Shown here: positions 1 to 8,882 of the stretch, piece after piece | Layout: every line of letters begins with the position of its first letter | Numbering within the stretch: position 1 is the first letter of the stretch | Assembly (NCBI GenBank): GCA_963749155.1 | Contig: CAVVLO010000002.1 | Coordinates: forward strand, 800,001-864,000 | Direction of reading: 5' to 3' | Source: an uncultured Armatimonadia bacterium | GTDB lineage: Bacteria > Armatimonadota > Zipacnadia > CAVVLO01 | Length of the DNA: 64,000 bases | Translations under genes and position numbers: made by a program | Notes under the pieces: generated by a model | Databases searched by the model: none | Seen by the model: only the letters and a program-made list of their open reading frames with translations | What the model was told of the DNA's origin: nothing

Positions 1-1096
1 AGGCGAGGTTGGTTAGCGCGGCCAGCGTAAAGGCCTCTTCAGCCCGGAAGGCAAGCTGCAGCGCAGCACCGCGCGGCTTACTGGTAGACAGCTCTACTCC
101 CCTGCCCTCACTGGCTACACTTGCGCGCACCTCGGTCAGTGTCTGATCAATCAGGACATGGAGCACCTTCCCTTCGGGGAGAGGAGCCTTGTCACGTCCG
201 AGCTGGACCTGCCCCTCACCAAGTCGCAGTGTCCAGGCTGGTCCATATCCGTTTGGCGCTTTGGCCTCGAGCCCCAGTGTGCCTTCGCCCAGGACGAGGT
301 CAAACTCCAGGCGCATCAGCCCATCGTCCAGCACTGGTCGAATCCTGGCACTCGCCGCAGGTTCAAGGCTAGTCAGGCGTAGCCAGCCGGCAGCCAGATT
401 CCACGATAGTCCCTCAGCCTGCAGCGCCTCAATCGAGCCGTCAGCATGGAGGGGCAGCAGGTTGGCCGTGAGCCCACTGGTTACGGGCTCAGGCCGCTCG
501 GGAAGCGTCTGGAAAGCAGGCAGTTCAACCAGCGCTAGCGCATCATAGGCGCACCAGGAGCCGTCCGTGAGCCACAGGTCGAGTTCGTTCTGGCCCTGGC
601 GCAGTGTGGAAGCCTCCAGTGGTATTAGCAACTCTGAGGGGCGCCCGCGATTCTCTCCGTAATAGACTCGTCCATCGCCCAAAGCCAGTTTCTGGGTCAC
701 TTCGGCGCCTTGGTTCAATCGGGCATGGAAGACACTCGCCATCCCCTCGTGCGTGTCCTGGAAAGCGACTCGCAGCATGAGCTGCCCTTGCGCGGCGCCT
801 TCCCGATTGAAGCGCACGATATAGTGGTAAACCTCGTGTTTTGCCCAGGAGATGTCAGCCTTGGCGGGATGCAGGAAGGGCCAGTCGGAGGGCTGCGATT
901 CGCCTACCGTGTAAACAAATCGTCCATCCGGGGCATAGTCCGGCAGTTGATGCGCGCCAGCAGGCCACAGAGCAAAACCGGCGCCTGATTTGTCGAAATC
1001 GCCGATATGCCAAATAGTCCGTAGTTGTCCTGCAAAGCTTGAAGTCGCAAGCAGCAGCGCCGCCAGCACCATCAGGATGCGCAGTTCAGTCAGCAT
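1..1096 (-). CDS. Secreted protein with N-terminal polysaccharide lyase family 4 domain III-like (CBM-like) module; 3'-truncated by window edge
   Basis: Not in the ORF track because it has no stop in the window. ATG at 1096 follows a GGAGG RBS. Signal peptide MLTELRILMVLAALLLATSSFA, then IWHIGDFDKS...DWPFLHP...LRQGQNELDLWLTDGSWCAYDALAL; the frame stays open to position 2. Confidence 0.6.
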   Translation of the reverse strand, partial: MLTELRILMVLAALLLATSSFAGQLRTIWHIGDFDKSGAGFALWPAGAHQLPDYAPDGRFVYTVGESQPSDWPFLHPAKADISWAKHEVYHYIVRFNREGAAQGQLMLRVAFQDTHEGMASVFHARLNQGAEVTQKLALGDGRVYYGENRGRPSELLIPLEASTLRQGQNELDLWLTDGSWCAYDALALVELPAFQTLPERPEPVTSGLTANLLPLHADGSIEALQAEGLSWNLAAGWLRLTSLEPAASARIRPVLDDGLMRLEFDLVLGEGTLGLEAKAPNGYGPAWTLRLGEGQVQLGRDKAPLPEGKVLHVLIDQTLTEVRASVASEGRGVELSTSKPRGAALQLAFRAEEAFTLAALTNLA

Positions 1097-1176
1097 CAGC
1101 CCAACCTCCGGTCATCGTGCAAATCAAAGACGCACCGGGGTTCGCTTCGAGAAGGCCGCTCCCTGCCTGCGGCAGG

Positions 1177-2182
1177 TCAGCAGATACGTGGCAGCGGGTC
1201 CGCCGCGGGTTGCGGCAATATCCGCTTGACGCCGAATTCGCCCTCGAGGATGACCTTGCCTGACCACTGGGCAGTGGTATGGCCAAATAAGGCCGCCTCG
1301 GGGAAGCCCAATCCGTCTTTGAGGCGCGCAAGCAGCGCCTCGGCACGCTTCTTCCGGCACGACGAGGACCATCTGGCCCTCACAAGGGAGATACAAGGGA
1401 TCGAGTCCCAGCAGCCCACAAGCGGCCTCTACCTCGGGCCGGACAGGCACCGAGGCCCTATTTAGTTCGATTCCGATGCTGCCCACCTGGGCAAACTCGC
1501 TCAGCACCGCGGCAAGCCCGCCCCGGGTCGGGTCGCGCAGCGCAATCAGGGGATAATTTTCCTCAAACAGGGGCAGCAGGCCTGTGAGCGGGCGGCAGTC
1601 GCTCTCAAGTGCAGTCTCGAACTGGAAGCCTTCTCGCACCGAGAAGAGCGCTATCGTGTGGTCACCGACCGGCCCGGTCAGCAGCAGCGCCTGGCCTGGG
1701 GCAAGTCGCCTGGCGTCGGGGACGGGGTCGCACAGTATCTCGCCGACGCCTGCCGTGTTGATGAACAGCCCATCCGCCGCGCCGCGCTGCACGACTTTCG
1801 TGTCGCCCGTCACAACGCGCACGCCTGCGCGCTCAGCCTCCTTGGCCAAAGTCGTGACAATAGTCCTCAAGGTGGAAAAAGGCAGCCCTTCCTCGATGAT
1901 GAAGCCGCAGGAAAGCCACCTAGGCCGCGCTCCTCGGGTCAGCAGATCATTGACCGTGCCGTTAACCGCCAGGCTCCCGATATTCCCGCCTGGGAAGAAG
2001 AGCGGTTGGACTACAAAAGAGTCGGTCGTAAAGGCGATTTTCGTGGTGGCTGGCTCGAGCAACGCGCTGTCGTTCACGCCGATGTCGCCTTCGCCAAAGG
2101 CCGGGCGGAAGACGTCATCTATCAGCGCCTGCATCTTGCGCCCGCCGCTGCCATGGGCCAGCGTTATCAGCTCGTCGCTCAT
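1177..2182 (-). CDS. hypE: Hydrogenase maturation carbamoyl dehydratase HypE (frameshift near 1345)
   Basis: MSDELITLAHGSGG, TDSFVV, GDTKVV, DPTRGG motifs. The invariant C-terminal PRIC lies in the neighbouring frame (ORF 1177..1419). TGATG overlap with hypD. Confidence 0.95.
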
Positions 2183-3267
2183 CAGAGGCTCTCCTCCACA
2201 CCGCGATAATTGTAATGGGCCGCGCAAGCGCCTTCACTCGACACCATACAAGGGCCGACGGGCGAGTCGGGCGTGCAGCCGGTTGCGAACAAACCGCATT
2301 CGGCAGGCTCGATGAGCCCTTTCAACACGTCGCCGCACCGGCAGCCGGCTGGCTCGGATTCGATTTCGGGCAGGAAAGGCGCCACCAGTTCGGTCGCATC
2401 ATGCTCCGAGAACTCCTCCCTCAGCCTGTAGCCGCTGCCTGGCAAGGTGCCCAGGCCTCTCCAGCGAGCCTCGCAAGGCTCGAAGGCTTCTCCAAGCAGC
2501 GCCTGAGCAGCGGGGTTGCCCTCTTCTCGCACGATACGCGGGTATTCGTTGTAGATGCCGGCCTTGCCGTCCACGGTAGCCTTTACGGCTTTGTGTACGC
2601 CCCTCACGAGGTCCAGGGGCTCGAAGCCAGTAATGACGCCGACTTTGCCATATTCCTGCGCCAGGAACCTGTATGGTGGAACTCCAATCAGGGCGCTTAC
2701 ATGACCTGGCAGGAGGAACCCATCCAGAGCGAGTGCCGGGTCAGCGACCAGCAACTCCAGCGCCGGCGGGATGAGCTTGTGCACGCACCAGATGCGGAAG
2801 TTGGCCACCTTCCGGCGCGCCGCCTCGCGCAGGGCGATCACGGTGCCGGGTGCGGTAGTCTCAAAACCGACTCCGAGGAAGACGACAATTGCCTTGGGTG
2901 AGTGCTCTGCGAGTTCGACCGCTTCGAGGGGTGAGTAGACAGGCTTCACCCTTGCCCCGCGCGCCGAGGCCTCGGCAAGGCTCCCCTGGCTGCCAGGCAC
3001 CCGCAACATATCGCCATAAGTGGCGAGTATCACATCAGGGCGCGCCTGGCCCAGCGCGATGAAGGCGTCCAGTTCGCCCTGGGCGGTCACACAGACAGGA
3101 CAGCCTGGCCCCGAGGTGAGTCTGATTTGGCGAGGAAGCAACTGCTTGAGGCCCATCTCGGCGATGGCGGTCGTGTGCGTGCCACAAACCTCCATCAGGC
3201 GGAGGGCGGGTGGGTCAAGCGCCCTGATCTCGCCAAGCAGCTTTTCGATTTCGGCGTGGTCGGTCAT
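2182..3267 (-). CDS. hypD: Hydrogenase maturation protein HypD
   Basis: MEVCGTHT, GPGCPVC, GFETT, PGHVS and GPCMVSSEGAC motifs. Confidence 0.97.
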   Translation of the reverse strand: MTDHAEIEKLLGEIRALDPPALRLMEVCGTHTTAIAEMGLKQLLPRQIRLTSGPGCPVCVTAQGELDAFIALGQARPDVILATYGDMLRVPGSQGSLAEASARGARVKPVYSPLEAVELAEHSPKAIVVFLGVGFETTAPGTVIALREAARRKVANFRIWCVHKLIPPALELLVADPALALDGFLLPGHVSALIGVPPYRFLAQEYGKVGVITGFEPLDLVRGVHKAVKATVDGKAGIYNEYPRIVREEGNPAAQALLGEAFEPCEARWRGLGTLPGSGYRLREEFSEHDATELVAPFLPEIESEPAGCRCGDVLKGLIEPAECGLFATGCTPDSPVGPCMVSSEGACAAHYNYRGVEESL

Positions 3268-3480
3268 CTAGAGTCCCGCTCTCTGGAGCCATTCCTCTCG
3301 CGAGGAGGCGTCCTCTGACTCGACTTTACTGATGGCGATGCCCGCGTGCACAAGCACGAAGTCGCCTACGACCACCGTCGGCAGCAGGTCCATCCGCGCT
3401 TTGCGCCGCACGCCCTGGCGCTCACAGAGGGCTTCCACGCCTTCAAGTTCGACCACTTTCATCGGTATGCCCAGACACAT
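3268..3480 (-). CDS. hypC: Hydrogenase maturation chaperone HypC
   Basis: MCLGIP N-terminus, VLVHAG motif, 70 aa, between hypF and hypD. Confidence 0.97.
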   Translation of the reverse strand: MCLGIPMKVVELEGVEALCERQGVRRKARMDLLPTVVVGDFVLVHAGIAISKVESEDASSREEWLQRAGL

Positions 3481-3481
3481 A

Positions 3482-5737
3482 CTAGCTCAGTCCTGCAAGG
3501 TAAGCCTGGCCCAGTGACAGTCCCCCGTCACTAGCAGGCACCTGTTGATTTGTAAAAACGTATAACTCGGCGGCTTCCAGCCTTGCTGGCACCTTTTCAA
3601 CCAGCGCCACATTCTGAAAACTGCCTCCGGACAGCGCGACCTGGGCAAGGCCCAGCGCCTTTGAAGCCCGCAACACCTGCTGGGTCAAGGCTTCCACCAC
3701 TGTCGTGTGGAAATCAGCGGCAAGCTCTCCTACCGGTTTACCCGCCAGCCTGCCTTCCACCAGTCTGGCAAGGGTTGGGCGGAAATCCAGCAGCCACAGC
3801 CCCTCGCGCTCAGCCAGGTCGAAAGGCAGCGGTGCGCCCACGGCCCCGCCAGTTGCCGCTTCCAGTTCCATAGCGGGCTGGCCTTCGTATTCGGCCTGCC
3901 GGCAGACGCCAAGCAACGCTGAGACCGTATCGAACACCCGGCCCAGGCTGGAGGAGAGTGGCGCGTTAACGCCTAGTTCCAGTTGCTTGTCGATAGCCGC
4001 AAGCTGAGCCTCGCCGAGCCCAAGTTTAAGCGCTTCCGCCTTAGCGTACGCACCTTGCCCGAAGAGCGCAAGCAAGGCTGCGAAAGCCAGTCGCGCCGGT
4101 TCCTTCACCGCCGCGTCCCCGCCCGGCAGCGGTGTTGGCACAAGGCTCCCAACGCGCTGGTAATCGGTGCCCTCACACACCAGCAGCTCCGAGCCCCAAA
4201 AAGTGCCATCTGGCCCATAACCAGTGCCATCCGCAGCCAGCCCAAGCACTGGCCCTTCCAGGCCGTGTTCGGCAACTACACTCGCAATATGCGCGTGATG
4301 ATGCTGGAAGGCTACGCGCTCGATGCCTTCCAGTTCCTCCGCGTACCGGGTGGAGAGATAATCAGGATGCATATCGTATCCGACAATCTCGGGCTTCACG
4401 CGAAGCAGTCGTTCCAGGTGAGCCACTGCGCGACCGAAATACTCGTAGGTCTTGAGGTCGGTCAGGTCGCCGATATGCTGCGACATCACCGCCTGGCCGG
4501 CGTAGGTCAGGCAGAAAGTGTTCTTCCATTCGGCGCCGACCCCAAGCGCAGGTCGCACTGCCCGGGCGAGCTTGATGCCGCGTGGCACATAGCCTCGACT
4601 GCGCCGGATGAGCTGCGTCCCGCGCGCGGTCACTCGGACAACCGAATCGTCGCACGGCACCTCGATGGGGCGGTTATGGTGCAGAAAATGATCGGCAAAT
4701 TGCCCAAGCCTCGCCCGAGCTTCCTCGTTGTCGGAGACGATAGGCTCCTCCGACAGGTTGCCACTGGTCATCACCAGCGTCTCGGGTGACTGCTCGAACA
4801 GGAGCTTATGCAGCGGGGTGTAAGGCAGCATCAGCCCCACCTGACGCTGACCAGGAGCAACAGAACGCGCCAGAGTCGATTCTGGCAGCCACTCGAGCAA
4901 CACAACAGGCCGCTCTACACTGGTGAGCAGCGCCTCCTCTGACTCGGACAGCCGGGCGTGACGGCGGATGACTTCGAGGTCGCGCGCCATCACGGCAAAG
5001 GGCTTGAAATCGCGTCGCTTGCGTTGACGCAGCTTCGCAACCGCCTCGGCGTTTTCCGCATCGCAGGCCAGGTGATATCCCCCAAGCCCCTTGATGGCAA
5101 CCACTTCGCCCCGATGGAGAGCGTCGGCCGCGAGGCGCAAGGCCTCCTCATCAGGCAGGGCCTGGTCATCGAAGGTGAGGTGAGGGCCACAAACCGGACA
5201 GGCGTTGGGCTGGGCGTGGAAGCGGCGGTCTGCTGGCTCCTCATACTCGCGCTGGCACTCCGGGCACATCACGAAACCTGCCATTGTCGTCAGCGGCCTG
5301 TCATACGGGACTTCCTCGATGATGGTGAACCTCGGCCCGCAGTTGGTGCAGTTGGTAAAGGGATAGCCATAGCGCCTGTCAGCCGGGTCGAGCACCTCGC
5401 ACGCGCAGTCGGCGCAGGTGGCGATATCGGGCGGGATGAAGGCGAGCTGAGCCGCTTCGAAGCGACTTTCGATTATTCGGAAATCACTTTCTGCCTCTAC
5501 GAGTGGCAGAATCTCAGTGGTTACCTCATCCAGATGCGCCAGCGGGGGCAGCTCTTCACGAAGGGCGCGCTGGAAGTCCAGGAGTGGTGTTGCTTCTCCC
5601 TGAGCTTCGATGACAACGCCCCTGGAGGTGTTCTGCACCCACCCGGTTAGCTTCCGCTCGGTCGCAAGGCGATACACAAAGGGGCGAAAACCGACCCCTT
5701 GCACCAGTCCCTGCGCCAGCAATCTAACTCGACTCAT
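3482..5737 (-). CDS. hypF: Carbamoyltransferase HypF
   Basis: Acylphosphatase GLVQGVGFRP, two CxxC zinc fingers (CADC/CTNC, CPEC/CPVC), KGLGGYHL, QHHHAH, DGGLSLGQ. True start at MSRVRLL (5737). Confidence 0.97.
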   Translation of the reverse strand: MSRVRLLAQGLVQGVGFRPFVYRLATERKLTGWVQNTSRGVVIEAQGEATPLLDFQRALREELPPLAHLDEVTTEILPLVEAESDFRIIESRFEAAQLAFIPPDIATCADCACEVLDPADRRYGYPFTNCTNCGPRFTIIEEVPYDRPLTTMAGFVMCPECQREYEEPADRRFHAQPNACPVCGPHLTFDDQALPDEEALRLAADALHRGEVVAIKGLGGYHLACDAENAEAVAKLRQRKRRDFKPFAVMARDLEVIRRHARLSESEEALLTSVERPVVLLEWLPESTLARSVAPGQRQVGLMLPYTPLHKLLFEQSPETLVMTSGNLSEEPIVSDNEEARARLGQFADHFLHHNRPIEVPCDDSVVRVTARGTQLIRRSRGYVPRGIKLARAVRPALGVGAEWKNTFCLTYAGQAVMSQHIGDLTDLKTYEYFGRAVAHLERLLRVKPEIVGYDMHPDYLSTRYAEELEGIERVAFQHHHAHIASVVAEHGLEGPVLGLAADGTGYGPDGTFWGSELLVCEGTDYQRVGSLVPTPLPGGDAAVKEPARLAFAALLALFGQGAYAKAEALKLGLGEAQLAAIDKQLELGVNAPLSSSLGRVFDTVSALLGVCRQAEYEGQPAMELEAATGGAVGAPLPFDLAEREGLWLLDFRPTLARLVEGRLAGKPVGELAADFHTTVVEALTQQVLRASKALGLAQVALSGGSFQNVALVEKVPARLEAAELYVFTNQQVPASDGGLSLGQAYLAGLS

Positions 5738-6410
5738 CACCGCTCTGTCCTTCTTCCGCGAGCAAAGCGAATACCCGGTCAGCGAGCCAGTCGGCAAGCT
5801 CAGGCAAGCCTTCACCCGTCCGGCGGAAATCCGGAATATCGCCGCGTTCGGGTTCAAGCGCTGCCAGATCGCCGAAATACTCCTCTTCGTTGAAGCCAAA
5901 AGGCTCGGCCAGATCCCATTTGTTTACCACGACGGCATCCGCCTCGCGAAACATCTGCGGATATTTACGCGGCTTGTCCTCGCCTTCGGGCACACTGCCA
6001 ACCACGAGGCGCAGACGCTCGCCAATCCAGATGGCAGCAGGACATACCAGGTTGCCGACATTCTCGGTGAGCACCAGGTTGAAAGGCTGGTCGGCGAGTT
6101 TCTTGAGCGCAGCCACTACGAGGTGCGGCTCCAGGTGGCAGGCGCCGCCAGTCGTTATCTGGACGATAGGCTTCTCAAGGCCGGCCAGTTTTTCAGCGTC
6201 GGTCGTCGTAGCGATGTCGCCTTCAAGGATTGCAATCTGGAAACGCGACTCGAGCAAAGGCACCAGATTGAGCAGCAGAGTAGTCTTGCCCGCCCCGGGA
6301 GAACTCATCAGGTTGACCATCACGGCCCCGCGCGCGGCAAGCCAGTCGGCCACTGTCCTGGCATCGGCCTGGTTCTTCTCCATTATGTTGCGGACGACTT
6401 TGATAAGCAT
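5724..6410 (-). CDS. hypB: Nickel-insertion GTPase HypB
   Basis: SSPGAGKT P-loop, CHLE, ENVGNLVCPA, NKWD. A short compensated frameshift is likely near 5820-5865. Confidence 0.96.
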   Translation of the reverse strand: MLIKVVRNIMEKNQADARTVADWLAARGAVMVNLMSSPGAGKTTLLLNLVPLLESRFQIAILEGDIATTTDAEKLAGLEKPIVQITTGGACHLEPHLVVAALKKLADQPFNLVLTENVGNLVCPAAIWIGERLRLVVGSVPEGEDKPRKYPQMFREADAVVVNKWDLAEPFGFNEEEYFGDLAALEPERGDIPDFRRTGEGLPELADWLADRVFALLAEEGQSGDESS

Positions 6411-6742
6411 CAGTCTACCTCCAGCTCGACCAACTCGAGGCCCTTGCCAGCCGTTAGCTCAAGCTCCGTCCCCCCACAGACTTCACAGGCGAAAACGCCA
6501 GCTTTGGGCTGGAACTCGGCTCCACATTTGGCGCAGCGACCGGCCAGCTTTTCCAGGACGAACTCCAGACTTGCGCCCTCGGCGAGCGTGCCCTCGGCTA
6601 CCATCGGAAAATAATGCTCGAGGTAATCGGGGCAGAGACCAGCCCATTCGCCGATTTTGACCTTTATTCGGCGGATGCGTCGGCCAGCGCCCTCTTCGAG
6701 CGCGATTCTTACCAGTTCCTGCGTGGCTGGAAATTCATGCAT
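6410..6742 (-). CDS. hypA: Nickel metallochaperone HypA
   Basis: N-terminal MHE, CAKC...CEVC zinc motif, C-terminal GKGLELVELEVD. Confidence 0.95.
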   Translation of the reverse strand: MHEFPATQELVRIALEEGAGRRIRRIKVKIGEWAGLCPDYLEHYFPMVAEGTLAEGASLEFVLEKLAGRCAKCGAEFQPKAGVFACEVCGGTELELTAGKGLELVELEVD

Positions 6743-6751
6743 ATTATAATG

Positions 6752-6788
6752 AAAACAGGGAACCGGCCTGATAAGTGCCGGTTCCCTG
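6752..6788 (-). terminator. Intrinsic terminator-like hairpin after the hydrogenase small-subunit gene
   Basis: Perfect 12-bp stem CAGGGAACCGGC/GCCGGTTCCCTG with a 9-nt loop, followed by TTTT on the minus strand. Confidence 0.65.
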
Positions 6789-6811
6789 CGCAAAAGGTTG
6801 AAAAACCGAGC

Positions 6812-7351
6812 CTAGACGGTCTCGACCTTCTCGTAGATAACCATCCCGTCCTCGTCCTGCTTGAGGTCATCCAGGTGGTAGCGCGGAATCGCCAGCTCGA
6901 GTTGCTTGTATTTGATGGGCGCGGTCTGCTTGTCTACCAGGCCAAGCGCGACGGCGACGCCCCAGACGATGGCTTCTGGCCTCGGCGGGCAGCCGGGGAT
7001 GTAGAAATTCACCGGGATGACCTTGTCCAGCGCGCCGATGACATTGTAGGTATCGTTCCAGATACCGCCACCGCAGGCGCAAGAGCCAATGGCAAAGACC
7101 AACTTGGGCTCGGCCATAGCATCGTAAGCGCGCTTGAGCGACTCGGCAGTCGCGCGCGAGGCAGGCCCCTGGCACAGCATCGCATCAGCGTGGCGAGGCG
7201 AGCCTACCAGCTTGATGCCAAACCGTTCGACGTCGTAGAAAGGCGTAAGCACGTTTACGACTTCGATATCACACCCGTTGCAGCCACCACTATTGGCATG
7301 GTACACCCAGATGGAACGGGCGAAAGCTTTCTTGCAGAGTTCCTTAAGCAT
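6812..7351 (-). CDS. Group 4 [NiFe]-hydrogenase small subunit (HycG/EchC/NuoB-like)
   Basis: GCNGCDIE, SPRHAD, GSCACGGG, IPGCPPRP motifs. Confidence 0.93.
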   Translation of the reverse strand: MLKELCKKAFARSIWVYHANSGGCNGCDIEVVNVLTPFYDVERFGIKLVGSPRHADAMLCQGPASRATAESLKRAYDAMAEPKLVFAIGSCACGGGIWNDTYNVIGALDKVIPVNFYIPGCPPRPEAIVWGVAVALGLVDKQTAPIKYKQLELAIPRYHLDDLKQDEDGMVIYEKVETV

Positions 7352-7371
7352 CTTTCTCTCCCCAGTCCTGC

Positions 7372-7896
7372 CTAGTCAAGCTCGAGTTTGATATCGTCGG
7401 CTGCCTCATCACCCTCGAGGTAGCTCTCGGAGTCATACACGAACAACTCGTTTTCCAGGTCGTCGAAGCGGAAACCCTTCAGCTTGAGCTGCTCGAGCGG
7501 GCTTGGCTCCTTGAAACAGCGCCCACAGCGCTGGCAGGTGCCCATAAAGATCTCGAGCTCCTGGCTGATGTCCCGGATATCATTTGTGGCATTCTGAAAC
7601 TCGTGGCTCATCGTGATGGCGCCCTCGGGACACACGTCAGCACAGCGGCCGCAATAGGTGCAGCGGCGACCGATGTACTTTATGATCCGCTTTTCCTGGC
7701 AAAGATCCAATACCAGGATCTCGCGCGCAGGGCAGTTGTTGGCGCAACCCGCGCACCCGATGCACTTGGAGCCATCGAAGATAGGCCGTCCGCGGAACCG
7801 TTCGGGCACTGGTTCGGCCTTGGCCGGATACGGCAAGGTGACCTTGCCGGCCTTCAGGCAGAAAACTGCTTCTTTGAGCTTGCTAGTAAGCGACAT
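7372..7896 (-). CDS. 2x[4Fe-4S] hydrogenase subunit (HycF/EchF/NuoI-like)
   Basis: TLPYP...RFRG, CIGCAGCANNCP and CTYCGRCADVCP, extra CQRC. Confidence 0.92.
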   Translation of the reverse strand: MSLTSKLKEAVFCLKAGKVTLPYPAKAEPVPERFRGRPIFDGSKCIGCAGCANNCPAREILVLDLCQEKRIIKYIGRRCTYCGRCADVCPEGAITMSHEFQNATNDIRDISQELEIFMGTCQRCGRCFKEPSPLEQLKLKGFRFDDLENELFVYDSESYLEGDEAADDIKLELD

Positions 7897-7913
7897 TCGA
7901 TATCACTCCGCGA

Positions 7914-8849
7914 TTAGTAGCCGAGTACGGCCAGGATGAGGGCGATAAGCGCCACAATAAACAGGAACGCGTAGTACTTGATCGCCTGGTCAATCCTGTA
8001 GCGCGCATGGGTCGCGGCTATCAGCGTTACGAGCAAAGTCAGGCCGAAGATCTTCGCCAAAACGACGAGGGTCCCCAGCGGGAAAGCCAATGAATTGCCC
8101 CAGGGAAGGAACAGGGCCACTACGATAGCACTGTAAAGGAACAACTTGGCCATCTGCGCATACTTGAAGAGGGCCAGCTTCGGACCCGAATACTCGATCA
8201 GGGTGCCTTCCATAAGCTCGGTCTCGGCTTCGGCGATGTCGAAGGGCATACGCCCAACGAAGGCCTGGAAAGCGAAAAGCATTACCACAGCCATCAAGAT
8301 GCCAGCATAAGATATGCTCTCTGCCCCTGCCGCATATACAGCCCCGCCACCCAGCACATCATCCAGCCTGAGGCTGCCTGCGTGCACGGCGCCGATAATG
8401 ACCGAGATTGCCAGCAGTGGCTCCAGGGTCATCATTGCCATCATCTCGCGGCTCATACCTACCAGTGAGTAGGTGGAGCCAGCCGCCAGTGCCGCAAGCA
8501 GGGTCGAAATCCCGCACAGCGTAAGCACATAGATAAGCAGGATGCTGTCGGCCGACAGCCCAAGTGGGGCCGCGGCGCCAATTGGCACGAGCAGCGCCAC
8601 CGTCAGGATGGCTGCAAGCGACAGATACGAGGCGAACCGCTGCATAAACGGTGACTCGCCGCACTCTAGATCTTCTTTCCCCAGCAGCTTCAGCAGGTCG
8701 TAATATGGCTGGGTAATCGGCGGCCCTTGACGAGACTGGACCCGCGCCGTGACCTTGCGCAGCACGCCCTCAAACAGCGGAGCCAGCAGCAGCACAAGCG
8801 CAATATTGACTACGCCGTAACTAAGCAGTTCAAGCACGTTAGCTTCCAT
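7914..8849 (-). CDS. Hydrogenase membrane subunit (HycD/EchB/NuoH-like)
   Basis: RKVTARVQSRQGPP, RMPFDIAEAETEL, EYSG; multiple hydrophobic helices. Confidence 0.94.
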   Translation of the reverse strand: MEANVLELLSYGVVNIALVLLLAPLFEGVLRKVTARVQSRQGPPITQPYYDLLKLLGKEDLECGESPFMQRFASYLSLAAILTVALLVPIGAAAPLGLSADSILLIYVLTLCGISTLLAALAAGSTYSLVGMSREMMAMMTLEPLLAISVIIGAVHAGSLRLDDVLGGGAVYAAGAESISYAGILMAVVMLFAFQAFVGRMPFDIAEAETELMEGTLIEYSGPKLALFKYAQMAKLFLYSAIVVALFLPWGNSLAFPLGTLVVLAKIFGLTLLVTLIAATHARYRIDQAIKYYAFLFIVALIALILAVLGY

Positions 8850-8882
8850 TCGTGAGCACTCCCAACGTATGTCCGTTGCTGG

